A DNA stretch of 63,292 nucleotides, filler included, from Octopus bimaculoides (Eukaryota): the NCBI RefSeq assembly GCF_001194135.2. It is 5 parts of 5 records of this genome, joined end to end, with 100 filler letters (N's around TTAATTAATTAA, not from the genome) between each part and the next. Parts side by side here need not be neighbours in the genome. Positions count along the whole stretch, not along the records: positions 17,511 to 41,826 come from NC_069010.1; 4 more parts are not named here. The stretch is one strand, 5' to 3'. Position 1 is the first letter of the stretch; every line of letters begins with the position of its first letter. The notes beneath the pieces are model-generated. The model ran no database searches. It was not told the DNA's origin and worked only from the letters and a program-made list of their open reading frames with translations. The position numbers and the translations under genes were made by a program. Of the stretch, positions 28,000 to 39,204 are shown piece after piece.

Positions 28000-29830
28000 G
28001 GACACTCTCCAAACCCACCCAAACAGACTCTGTGGATAAATAATACTTAGAAAAAATAGAAAAAAAGAGAAAAGATCTGCAAATCCTTAACGAACCTAGT
28101 AGACAATCAACACTACTAAGCAACAAGAAGAGAACAAAAATACAACGTAAATACAAAATTACAGAAGGTATACCTCAGGTAAAAGAACAGATAAAGCAAG
28201 TCATCCTCGCCAAAGTACAAAGAATCCAACGTTTCTCTAAACAAAACAAACAGTTTAAATCCAACCCCAAAACATTCTACCTAGAACTTGGCAAAAAGAA
28301 AATAGACATTACTGCAGCACCAACAGAAGAAGTGGAAGAATTTTGGAAAGAAATATGGTCGGCGAAGGAACAACCTCAGAAAAGGTCTATCAAGACAACG
28401 AACTCAGCACCTCGACCTCTATAACAACTGAAGAGGTCACCCAGGCACTGCAAAAACTAAGCAACTGGAAGGCATCCGGGAATGATAATATCCCCAACTT
28501 CTTGTTAAAATATCTGACAGGAACATATAAAAAGCTAGCTGAAAAATTTAATGACATACTAGCAGAGCCAGAGACAATGCCTGTGTGGCTTACGGAAGAT
28601 AAAACTATCCTAATTCCCAAATCCACTGAAAAAAACAAACCCACAAAATTACAGACCAATATCTTGTCTCCCTACAATTTACAAAGCCTTTACTGCAATA
28701 ATATCCCAGAGATTGAGTAAGCACCTGGAAAATAACAACCTTTTTCCAGAAGAGCAGAATGGATGCTGCAAGGGCTCATACGGCTGTAAATATCAATTAT
28801 TGATCAATAAAGTCATAACTGAAGACAGCCGCAGAAAGAAAAAGGGTCTAAGCATGGCCTGGATCGATTAACGAAACGCTTTTGATACTTTTCCTCACAC
28901 ATGAATTCTCCTAGAAACAGTAGCCATAAACAAGGTAGCACGAATAATCATGAAATATAAAACACTCTATGAATAAATGGTAGACAGTGCTACAGCTCCA
29001 AACAAAAGAGGGACTCATAAAAAAACAAAGCCATCCCCATTAGGAGAGGAATATTCCAGGGAGACACTCTTTTCACTCCTTTTCTGCTTGGAACTGACAC
29101 CTTTATCTGACATGCTAAACAGAACTGGATGCAGATACAAATGTTACGGCAAAACAATCAGCCACCTCATATATGGATGACCTAAATCTGTGTACTACAA
29201 ATGATAAACAGCTGGAAACATTACTACAGACAGTACCTGGATTTACCAAAGAAATAAATATGAAATCTGGCTTAGGAAAATGTGCCAAAGCAACCTTGAA
29301 AAGAGGAAAACTAGTTAAGAGTAGCAAGATCACACTAGATAAAGCAAATGAAATAAGTGAATTAGACCAAAGCCAGACATACAAATATTTAGGAATCAAT
29401 GAACTAAATACGATACAACACACACAAATGAAGAGAAAAAAAAGAATTCTATAGACAAGTTAGATTAATATTAAATGCGAAAAAGAAGATAATAGGTATT
29501 AACACTTAAGGCGTCCCAGTTATACGTTAACTGGACACTAAATGAACTGATCAAAATAGACAGGAAATCAAGAGAAATAATGATAGGATCTAGGATGCAT
29601 CACCTAAAATCTGACATATAAAGGTTATATATACAACGTATAGAAGGTGGTAGAGGTCTTATACAGCTAGAAAACTATTACAAAATAACCACCATAGAAC
29701 TGCAAAAATACCTCCTTCAGAAGCAGGGAAAACTAATACAAATAGCCACAAAACACGAACAAAACAAAAAAACTGTTTTCAGTATTTAAGGAAGCTGACA
29801 AACAAGAAGTCATACAGCCTAAAAACGAAG
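28000..29830 (+). mobile_element. R4/Dong-like LINE D, RT region; 3' end missing
   Basis: Encodes the LAKVQRIQRF region again (so it is a separate element from C), then NWKASGNDNIPNF, TLFSLLFCLELTPLS, MDDLNL and MHHLKSDI..LYIQRIEGGRGLIQLENYYKITTI. Confidence 0.8.
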
Positions 29831-31759
29831 ATGAAGGAGTAGGAGGAGGAGGAGGAGAGGAAGAGGAAGGAGGAAGAAGAAAAAGATACAACAAAAGCTG
29901 GAATCAACTCGTATAGCTTGAATTTTTCACATTTTTTGTTTACGATAGCTGCGTACAAATCATGTGTTTCATTCTTCTTCAAATTCAGGCATTCGCAGCG
30001 AATTTTAAATAAGAAACTTCTTTCGCTGAATATCTTCGTTAATAGGCTAAAAGTTTCCTCGTAACAAATTTCTAGTTGTTTCCTTGTGAAGATGAATTTG
30101 CAGTATTTCTTATGTCTTGCTGGTGTTAATTATCGTAAAAGAAGCCTTACCTTCTTTTCATCCGTAAAAAGTTNNNNNNNNNNNNNNNNNNNNNNNNNNN
30201 NNNNNNNNNNNNNNNNNNNNNNNNNNNNNNNNNNNNNNNNNNNNNNNNNNNNNNNNNNNNNNNNNNNNNNNNNNNNNNNNNNNNNNNNNNNNNNNNNNNN
30301 NNNNNNNNNNNNNNNNNNNNNNNNNNNNNNNNNNNNNNNNNNNNNNNNNNNNNNNNNNNNNNNNNNNNNNNNNNNNNNNNNNNNNNNNNNNNNNNNNNNN
30401 NNNNNNNNNNNNNNNNNNNNNNNNNNNNNNNNNNNNNNNNNNNNNNNNNNNNNNNNNNNNNNNNNNNNNNNNNNNNNNNNNNNNNNNNNNNNNNNNNNNN
30501 NNNNNNNNNNNNNNNNNNNNNNNNNNNNNNNNNNNNNNNNNNNNNNNNNNNNNNNNNNNNNNNNNNNNNNNNNNNNNNNNNNNNNNNNNNNNNNNNNNNN
30601 NNNNNNNNNNNNNNNNNNNNNNNNNNNNNNNNNNNNNNNNNNNNNNNNNNNNNNNNNNNNNNNNNNNNNNNNNNNNNNNNNNNNNNNNNNNNNNNNNNNN
30701 NNNNNNNNNNNNNNNNNNNNNNNNNNNNNNNNNNNNNNNNNNNNNNNNNNNNNNNNNNNNNNNNNNNNNNNNNNNNNNNNNNNNNNNNNNNNNNNNNNNN
30801 NNNNNNNNNNNNNNNNNNNNNNNNNNNNNNNNNNNNNNNNNNNNNNNNNNNNNNNNNNNNNNNNNNNNNNNNNNNNNNNNNNNNNNNNNNNNNNNNNNNN
30901 NNNNNNNNNNNNNNNNNNNNNNNNNNNNNNNNNNNNNNNNNNNNNNNNNNNNNNNNNNNNNNNNNNNNNNNNNNNNNNNNNNNNNNNNNNNNNNNNNNNN
31001 NNNNNNNNNNNNNNNNNNNNNNNNNNNNNNNNNNNNTTAATTAAATGAAATTCTTCAAATTTCGTGTATTTATGTGAATTTTCACGTTACAACTCATAAT
31101 TTTATTGACTGTTTCCAGAAGTTTTTTGCAAAAAGCTCAAATTTTGAATTGGTTTAGCCTATCAGAAAACAGGATTTTGAAGCTGTCATTTTGTGCCTGA
31201 CTTCAATCGTAAGACGACAAAACAATAATGTCAACATTGTGGTGATAGAACGTGTTTCAAGCATTTAATATGTGAAAAATGATCAAATAATTAGTAAACA
31301 ACTGATATCTTGTAGTTTTATGCATTCAACATGCATTTAATGCGACAAAAAAAAAAAAACAGAATACCAAACATCACATTTTATAGCTTGAAGAGCAGTA
31401 AGTGTTAGGTAGAAGCAGGTGGTACAGAAGTTGTATCCTACTATGTTTGTGGCTTTCGATTGGCTAAAATTAGCCAAAATTTTCAGCATTTAAAACGAGT
31501 GGTTTCTTACTATGTACATGGCTTACGATTGTCTAAACTTACCCCAAAATTGAAAGCTTTAAAAGCTATTAATAGTTTAGCTATTTATTTCTTGCGAAAG
31601 TAAATTTCGTTTCAATAATAAACATACAAACATGTATGTTTGTATGTTTATATGTGCGCAGCCATGCAGAGTTGTATTTATGTTTGTGTATATGTATCAA
31701 TATAAGTATGTATTGGTCTATATATTAGAGATGAGGAATACTGTATATTGTTTAAATTA

Positions 31760-31895
31760 TTTACATTGGACGGATATGTGTCCTCATTTTGTTTGTTACC
31801 ACAACGTTTTGTCTGATTTACACTCCAGCCTTCATCGGTGGTCCTGGTAGAATTTTGAACCCGACCCTTGGTGCCCATTTCTAAGGTATTTTTGC
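31760..31895 (-). repeat. Second, decayed copy of the roughly 140-bp hammerhead-bearing repeat seen at 53045-53190
   Basis: Shares AAAAATACCTTAG.AATG, GATGAAGG.TGGAG.GTA.ATCAG.C.AAACGTTGTG.TAACAA and GGACA.ATATCCG. Core is mutated (CCGAUGA, CAAAA). Confidence 0.7.
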
Positions 31896-32322
31896 AGATG
31901 TTATTACTATTATCATTATAATTTATTGTCTTTGCACAGTTTCTAACGCTGGAGATGTACTACAGTGTCAGCTGTTCACTAGCAGTGAACTACGGTAACA
32001 CCCCTTATTTTTCGAACACCATAATACAGTTTCGCACCTCTCCTTGAAAAATGCATTTTTTTAGAAAAAATGTTTTCGGATTCTTACATTGTTATATCAC
32101 ACGTTCGGATGACCTATACTCAACTATTTATCTTTATTATGGGCATATAGCCTGAAATAAAGAATGGACATAATAGGGACAGACAACACAAAACATGGGG
32201 TACATATAACGAATGATGAATATGAAATGGAATTATTTATAGTGAAAGAATGTAATGGCTTACGAGCCCCCCAAAGCTCGCAGTTCCAATTTACAGTTCT
32301 TTTATACAGTTTATAATCGTTT

Positions 32323-33617
32323 TTAAAATTTCTCATCTATTATGAGCTGTGTCAATTCATCCAGTTCAAAAACATTAGGCAGACTCTCATAACGGACGTA
32401 CACTCCCGATCCCATCAGCCTTCGAGGTTCGGTCCTTGTCTTATAATACTGCTTTCTGATCTCTATGAAACATGTTCGCATCTAATTTAACTTATATTAA
32501 CCCCTTCGTCTTTGCCAACCTCTTTTCTACTTCCATCTCTTTCATGTAAAACATCAACAATTTCAAATTCTTTCCTTTTGGTCTTCCTTCTTGTGTTATA
32601 CGTTCTCTTTGCATTTCTACACTCTCCTGCCACTGCTCAAGTCTGATCTCCATTTCTTCTTCAGCTACACTAGTCGCTGCTTGCTCCGGTTCTCGGGTTC
32701 GATATTCTGTCGCTTCCATATCCTCCGTTATTTTCCTTTTACCTTTTTTTTTGGGGGGGGGGGGGTTAGGTGGTGATTCCACATGCGCTCTCATTCTATC
32801 TACCGTTATTTCTTCTTCCTTTTTCTCTTCCTCTTTTTCTTCTTCTTCCTCTCTTTCTGCATCGTTATACCCCTCTATTTCTTCAACAGGTACTTCTCTT
32901 AGGGGACACTTTGGTTGAATGTGTCCCCTACTTTTACATTGGTAACATATTGGTGGTCTCCCCTCCACCACAACTCTCAGTCGGGTTTCGTCGGGGAGCA
33001 TTAATTCTTCGGCTATATTATGCAGGTCTGGCAGGGTTATGTGGATAAATACTTCCACTCCAAAACCCCACCAGTTGATTTCTCTTGATTTTTCGTCTTT
33101 TAGGACTTCCACTGCCTCTTTGCAGTTGTAAATTATGGCGGCAACCAGCCACTCTGCATCCATTTCCGGAGGAACTCGGCCAATTATTACTCTTGCTGCT
33201 CTTCTTCCACAATAGGTAGGCAAAAGTGCCCACCTAGCCGTTCTCGGGGGTACAGTGGAGTGCCTGCCTTTTTGCCTCCTCCTCACACGTAAAGCGTACC
33301 TCCACCGTGCCATACTTTCAACCTCTTGCATAGTACGTGCTTAATTGCTTAACCTCACTTAAGCACTGCTCTATCTCTTCGATTCCTGCTATTTCAATTT
33401 TCTTTGTTTCGACATTAAACGTTCTGTATACTATAATTTTCTTTTCTGCTCGTTCAATTCCTTCTCTTGGCGGTGTCACTTTCAGACAATCTCCTTCCTT
33501 CTTGAATAACTCCTTGAACTTTTCTAAATTCATTTTCTCGATGTGAATGTTTTTCATTTGCATTGCGTCCTCAGACAGTCTTTTGCCTGCTGCCACAGCG
33601 CACGTTCCTGATTCCAT
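32323..33617 (-). pseudogene. ORF1/gag-like gene, array unit 1 (RRM-like region, CCHC zinc knuckle, acidic/basic tract, conserved C-terminal domain); disrupted
   Basis: Joins ORFs 33318..33641 and 32492..33331 across a frameshift. Contains RVVVEGRPPICYQCKSRGHIQPKCP (C-x2-C-x4-H-x4-C). Premature TAA at KGLI*VKL, where units 2 and 3 read LIRVKL. Homology continues to YVRYESLPNV...DEKF* at 32323. Confidence 0.75.
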
Positions 33618-33940
33618 ACCCACAAATGAGTAGGAAAACAATCTTCAACAATAAATATTAACAATAATACTTCAACAATAATACTTCAAACAATTTTCAA
33701 CAATACACAAATCAAACCAACACACCGCACTCAAAGCTCTTATCCAACAAAATCACTAACGCCAAATTTGAAATCCGATGCTCAACTATCTATCTTTATT
33801 ATAGGCATAACGTGGGGGTACGTACAACGAATGATGAATATGAAATAAAATATCCACAATGAAAGAATGTAATGGCTTACGAGCCCCCCAAAGCTCGCAG
33901 TTTCGTTTTACTGTTCTTTTATACAGTCTATAATCGTTTT

Positions 33941-35187
33941 TTAATTTTCATGTGTTATATGTTCTATAAGATCCTCCACTCCAATTACATTGGGCAAACT
34001 TTCATATCGAACATATATTCTACTTACTGTAATCCTATCTTGAAATAATTCTAATAGTTTTTCCATTTTCTCAATTTCCACTAACACTGCTCTATGACTT
34101 GGTTCAAACATGGTTTGTTCCAATTTTACCCTTATTAGACTTTTCATTTTTGTTAACCCTTTATCAATTTCCATATCTTTATTGTAGAATATCAACGTTC
34201 TTAAGTTCCGTCTCGAAGGTCGTCCTATTTGTGTTACATTTTCTAATCTCTTTCCCAATTTCCTCATCCGCTCTGCAACTTTCGCTTTTTTAGCTTTGTT
34301 TCTTTCTCCACTTGTTGCTGGCTCCGGTTCCTGAGTTCGAATTTCTGTGCTTTCTTTTACACTTGCAGTTGTCTTTTTTCCCGCTTTTCTTTTCTTGGGG
34401 CTTTTCAGTGGCGACTCCACCCTCGTTCTCTTTCTATCTGCCACCGTTTCCTCTTCCTTTTCTTCTTCCACCACTGCTTCTTCACTGACCACTGTTTCCT
34501 CCATCTGTACTTCTCTTAGGGGACACCTTGCTTGTATATGTCCCCTACTTTTACGTTGGTAACATATTGGTCTCCTCTCCACCACAACTCTCAGTCGGGT
34601 TTCGTCGGGGAGCATTAATTCTTCGGCTATATTATGCAGGTCTGGCAGGGTTATGTGGATAAATACTTCCACTCCAAAACCCCACCAGTTGATTTCTCTT
34701 GATTTTTCGACTTTTAGGACTTCCACTGCCTCTTTGCAGTTGTAAATTATGGCGGCAACCAGCCACTCTGCATCCACTCTGCTCTTCTTCCACATTAGGT
34801 AGGCAAAAGTGCCCACCTAGCCGTTCTCGGGGACACAGTGAAGTGCTCTTCTGCCTCCTCCTCACTCGCAAAGCGCACCTCCATCGTGCCGCACTTTCTA
34901 CCTGTTGCATAGAACGTGGTTAATTGCTTAACCTCAATTTCTTCAATTTCAGCAATATCAATTTTCTTGGTCTCAACAGTAAACGTTCTGTATATTATCA
35001 TTTTCTTTTCCACTCGTTCGAGTGCGTCTTTAGGCGGTGTTACTTTCAAACAATCTCCCTCCTTCTCAATTAACTCCTTGTGTTTTTCTAATTTCTTTAT
35101 CTCGATATGGACCTCTTCCATCTGCATTGCGTCCTCGGACAGGCCCTCGCCTGCTGCCGCAGCGTACGTTCCCAATTCCACACCCAC
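33941..35187 (-). pseudogene. ORF1/gag-like gene, array unit 2; disrupted
   Basis: ORFs 34795..35187 and 33941..34816. Has GTMEVRFASEEEAEE (RRM-like), a stop at LLPT*C where unit 1 reads LLPTYC, a short deletion, knuckle CYQRKSRGHIQARC (Cys to Arg) and C-terminus YVRYESLPNVIGVEDL. Confidence 0.75.
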
Positions 35188-35489
35188 AAATGGGTAGGAA
35201 AACAGTCTTCAACAACAACCACTGACAACATTTCAACAATAATTCTTCAAACAATTCTCAACAATACGCAAATCAAACCAACTCACCGCACTCAAGGCTC
35301 CTCTCTTCCAGCCGTAGCCTTAACAAAGAAGGAACAATACGAAGACAGACAACACAAAACGTGAGTTACATATAACGAATGATGAGTATGAAATTAAATA
35401 TTTATAATGAAAGGATGAAATGGCTTACAAGCCCCCTCAAAGCTCGCAATTTTATTTAACTGTTCTTTTTATACAGTTTTTAATCTGTT

Positions 35490-36333
35490 TTATTGTTCGT
35501 TTGTTATATGTTCCGTCAGATCCTCCACAGTAACAATATTGGGTAGATTCTCGTAACGCACATATGATTCACTTGCCGCAACTTTGCCAGGGAACAACTC
35601 TTCAAACTTTTCCATTTTATCCTTCTCCACCAAAACTGCTTTTTCATATTCCTCTAACATCTCTGGGTCCAATTTCACTCTTATTAACCCTTTTATTCTG
35701 GATACCCTCTTCTCTATCTCCATTTCTTTGTGATAAAACATCAACGTTCTCAAATTTCTTCCCTTAGGTCTTCCATTTAGCAATACATATTCCTGCCGAT
35801 CTTCTACTTTTTCCTCCAACTCTAATTTTCGCCGCTTTTGCTGGATCTCTACCACAAACCTTTACTTCTGGAGCTCAGCTTCTGGAGTTCGCTTCTCTAT
35901 GGTTTCCTTTTCATCCGCTGTTTTCTTTTTCCCTTTCTTTTTTTTTTAGAGCTTTTCGGCGGTGATTCTACTCGTGCTCTCTTTCTCTCTACCGCTGTTT
36001 CCTCCTTTTTTCTTCTTTCATTTTTTTTCTTTTTCCACCACTGCTTCTTCACTCATCACCGCGTACTCCATCTGTACTTCTCTTAGTTCTCTTAGGGGAC
36101 ACTTTGCCTGCATGTGTCCTCTGCTCTTTCACTTGTAACATATTGGTGGTCTCCCCTTCACCACGACTCTTAGTCGGGTCTCATCGGGGAGCACCAACTC
36201 CTCCGCAATATTGTGCAAATCTGGCAGTGTTATGTGTATCAAGGCTTCTACGCCATAACTCCACCAGTTGATCTCTCTGGACTTCTCAACCTTAATGACT
36301 TCCACTTCTTCCTTACAGTTATAAATGATGGCT
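35490..36333 (-). pseudogene. ORF1/gag-like gene, array unit 3; 5' half lies in the N gap; disrupted
   Basis: AIIYNCKEEVEV...RVVVKGRPPICYK*KSRGHMQAKCP (TGA at the second Cys), further disruptions, then GRPKGRNLRTLMFY...YVRYENLPNIV* at 35490. Confidence 0.72.
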
Positions 36334-37696
36334 NNNNNNNNNNNNNNNNNNNNNNNNNNNNNNNNNNNNNNNNNNNNNNNNNNNNNNNNNNNNNNNNNNN
36401 NNNNNNNNNNNNNNNNNNNNNNNNNNNNNNNNNNNNNNNNNNNNNNNNNNNNNNNNNNNNNNNNNNNNNNNNNNNNNNNNNNNNNNNNNNNNNNNNNNNN
36501 NNNNNNNNNNNNNNNNNNNNNNNNNNNNNNNNNNNNNNNNNNNNNNNNNNNNNNNNNNNNNNNNNNNNNNNNNNNNNNNNNNNNNNNNNNNNNNNNNNNN
36601 NNNNNNNNNNNNNNNNNNNNNNNNNNNNNNNNNNNNNNNNNNNNNNNNNNNNNNNNNNNNNNNNNNNNNNNNNNNNNNNNNNNNNNNNNNNNNNNNNNNN
36701 NNNNNNNNNNNNNNNNNNNNNNNNNNNNNNNNNNNNNNNNNNNNNNNNNNNNNNNNNNNNNNNNNNNNNNNNNNNNNNNNNNNNNNNNNNNNNNNNNNNN
36801 NNNNNNNNNNNNNNNNNNNNNNNNNNNNNNNNNNNNNNNNNNNNNNNNNNNNNNNNNNNNNNNNNNNNNNNNNNNNNNNNNNNNNNNNNNNNNNNNNNNN
36901 NNNNNNNNNNNNNNNNNNNNNNNNNNNNNNNNNNNNNNNNNNNNNNNNNNNNNNNNNNNNNNNNNNNNNNNNNNNNNNNNNNNNNNNNNNNNNNNNNNNN
37001 NNNNNNNNNNNNNNNNNNNNNNNNNNNNNNNNNNNNNNNNNNNNNNNNNNNNNNNNNNNNNNNNNNNNNNNNNNNNNNNNNNNNNNNNNNNNNNNNNNNN
37101 NNNNNNNNNNNNNNNNNNNNNNNNNNNNNNNNNNNNNNNNNNNNNNNNNNNNNNNNNNNNNNNNNNNNNNNNNNNNNNNNNNNNNNNNNNNNNNNNNNNN
37201 NNNNNNNNNNNNNNNNNNNNNNNNNNNNNNNNNNNNNNNNNNNNNNNNNNNNTTTCAATAACAAAATTTCGATAACTCACTGCACTTCACGATCTTATCC
37301 AACAAAATCACCAACGCCAATTTTGAAATCCGATGGTCAACTATTTATCTTTATTATAGGCATATAGCCTGAACAAAGAATGGGCACTACAAGGACAGAC
37401 AACAAGAAACAAGGGGTACATATAACGAATGATGAATATAAAATGAAATATTTATAATGAAAAAATGGAATGGCTTACGAGTCTCCCAAAATCAGCTGAT
37501 TTCTTCATTAGGCACTACGGCCACAATACAGAGGGGGACACTACAAGGACAGACAACACAAAACGTGGGGTACATAAAACGAATGATGAATTATGAAATG
37601 AAATATTTAACAATGAAGGGATGTAATGGCTTACGAGCCCCACAAAGCTCGCAGTTTCATTTTACTGTTTTGATTATACTATTATCTGTCTCTTTA

Positions 37697-38760
37697 TACG
37701 TACGTCGTTGTCTTGTTACTGCATCGTCCCTCTGCACATCTTATACTATTGACCACATTTCTGGCTTTACAGTTTGTTTGTGGGCTAAATCTACATACAG
37801 TACAGGTCCTATCAGTACAGGGGGTTCTACTAAAAGGATAGGTTCTACCGATAAGGGATTTGATAAGGTTGCCTGGCCTTTCAACAACCTTAATTCTTAG
37901 CTTAAGTTTATCTAGGGCCCTTCTAAAGCGGTACGCCAGTTCGCCTCTAGGGGTGGTGTCGACGAACATGACGCTCTGGTATTTGTGGCTATCGTACGTA
38001 GGGGAAACAGCACGGAGCATAGGAGAGCGGGTAAATGAAACATCGGAGGGAACTTAAGGAAGAGAAGAGCTCATCAGTTCTGTACCAGCACGCTGAGCAA
38101 GAACACGAAGGCTCACTCAACAACAAAGAAATTAAAATCTTGTCTACACATAGAACTGATGCAGCGCTTAGACAAATTACAGAAGCTACACACATAATAG
38201 AAGATAAACCTAGCCTGAATAGGAAACTGGAATGGAACACTAGCACACACACCCAACAAACCCCAACATATGACAATAAAATCCCGATAAACTGATAACT
38301 ATATGAACAAAATATATTACAATATACATAGATAAAAAATTGGAATTAAATAACAACATATGTTAACAAAATTAAATTAAATACAAAAAAGTAGGTATAA
38401 ACACATTAACAAATAAATAAAAACAAATTAAACGAACGTTTATAAACAGGGGATACAGATAATACGGGCACTCCCCATACACACACATCCACTTACTAAA
38501 CATAGACACACATAGGGGGATACGCATGCGCGAATATAGACACATACAATAGGAATACAAAATACAAAATACAAAATGGCTGATCGTTAGCAAGGAAGGA
38601 CACACACATATAAGAAAGAAGAAAGCAAAGGACCACTGATGAGGTCACAGAAGTGTGACGAAAGAACTCTGGCCGAAATATGATTACTGTAATGTAATAT
38701 AAAGCTGAAGCAAATTAACACCAAATATATAGTGCGTGTGTTTTCTATTGGCTAAACTGG
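37697..38760 (+). mobile_element. Penelope-like element (Neptune-like), 5'-truncated with an inverted 5' segment; GIY-YIG endonuclease plus 3' UTR
   Basis: Minus-strand 37697-37990 encodes YQSVMFVDTTPRGEL...ERPGNLIKSLI..PF..CTDRTCTVC...CKARNVV (Cys-rich linker). Plus-strand 37993-38295 encodes YVGETARSIGERVNE(H)RRELK...HAEQEH...RQITEA..I...PSLN, with one frameshift near 38040. Confidence 0.85.
38630..38674 (+). ncRNA. Minimal type I hammerhead ribozyme motif in the PLE 3' UTR
   Basis: GGACCA CUGAUGA G GUCAC agaagu GUGAC GAAA G AA CUC UGGCC: stem I GG(A)CCA/UGGCC, intact core, 5-bp stem II, 2-bp stem III, CUC cleavage triplet. Confidence 0.65.
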
Positions 38761-38780
38761 CAACATGACCATCCCTAAAT

Positions 38781-38830
<50 letters not shown>

Positions 38831-39204
38831 ATATGTATATATATGTGTGTGTATGTGTGTGTGTGTTTGTGTGTCTGTGTTTGTGTGTCTGTGTTTGTCC
38901 CCCCAACATCGCTTGACAACCGATGCTGGCGTGTTTACGTCCCCGTAACTAAGCGGTTCAGCAAAAAGGACCGATAGAATAAGTACTAGGCTTACAAAGA
39001 ATAAGTCCTGGGATCGATTTCCTCGACTAAAGTTAGTGCTCCAGCATGGCCGCAGTCAAATGACTGAAACAGGTAAAAGAGTATGCTATCTGATGCAAAT
39101 TCTAAACCATAGCTAAACCAATCCTAACATAACCCATTACGAGGCATGCACACAATGTAAACAAAAGGAAAAACAAAACGGATAAAGATTGCATCAAGTT
39201 TAAT

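Larger units (their letters stand above)
32113..37680 (-). repeat. Head-to-tail tandem array of about 1.5-1.7 kb ORF1-only units
   Basis: The 3' module (ACGAATGATGAATATGAAAT...GGCTTACGAGCCCC..AAAGCTCGCAG on +) recurs at about 32120-32320, 33790-33940, 35340-35490, 37345-37495 and 37545-37675. The 5' module (CAACAATA..CAAATCAAACCAAC..ACCGCACTCAA) recurs at about 33640-33785 and 35200-35300, partially at 37252-37345. Confidence 0.9.

Noticed and set aside
33765-33790. Array spacer read as a shared LTR with a PBS (TTCA-AATT-TGGCGTTAG on the minus strand)
   Set aside because: The match to a tRNA 3' end does not extend beyond about 6 nt that I can recognise, there is no polypurine tract or TG...CA boundary, and the leftmost module stops just after AATAAA. 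Not excluded, but unsupported.
36135-36137. TGA at a zinc-knuckle Cys position in array unit 3, as possible selenocysteine
   Set aside because: The same unit has other stops and frameshifts, unit 2 has Arg at this position, and I see no SECIS. Simple decay is more likely.
32113-38760. Array plus PLE as one giant multi-ORF PLE (Terminon-like) unit
   Set aside because: The minus-strand PLE piece is fully explained as the inverted 5' part of a plus-strand insertion, so adjacency alone is not evidence.
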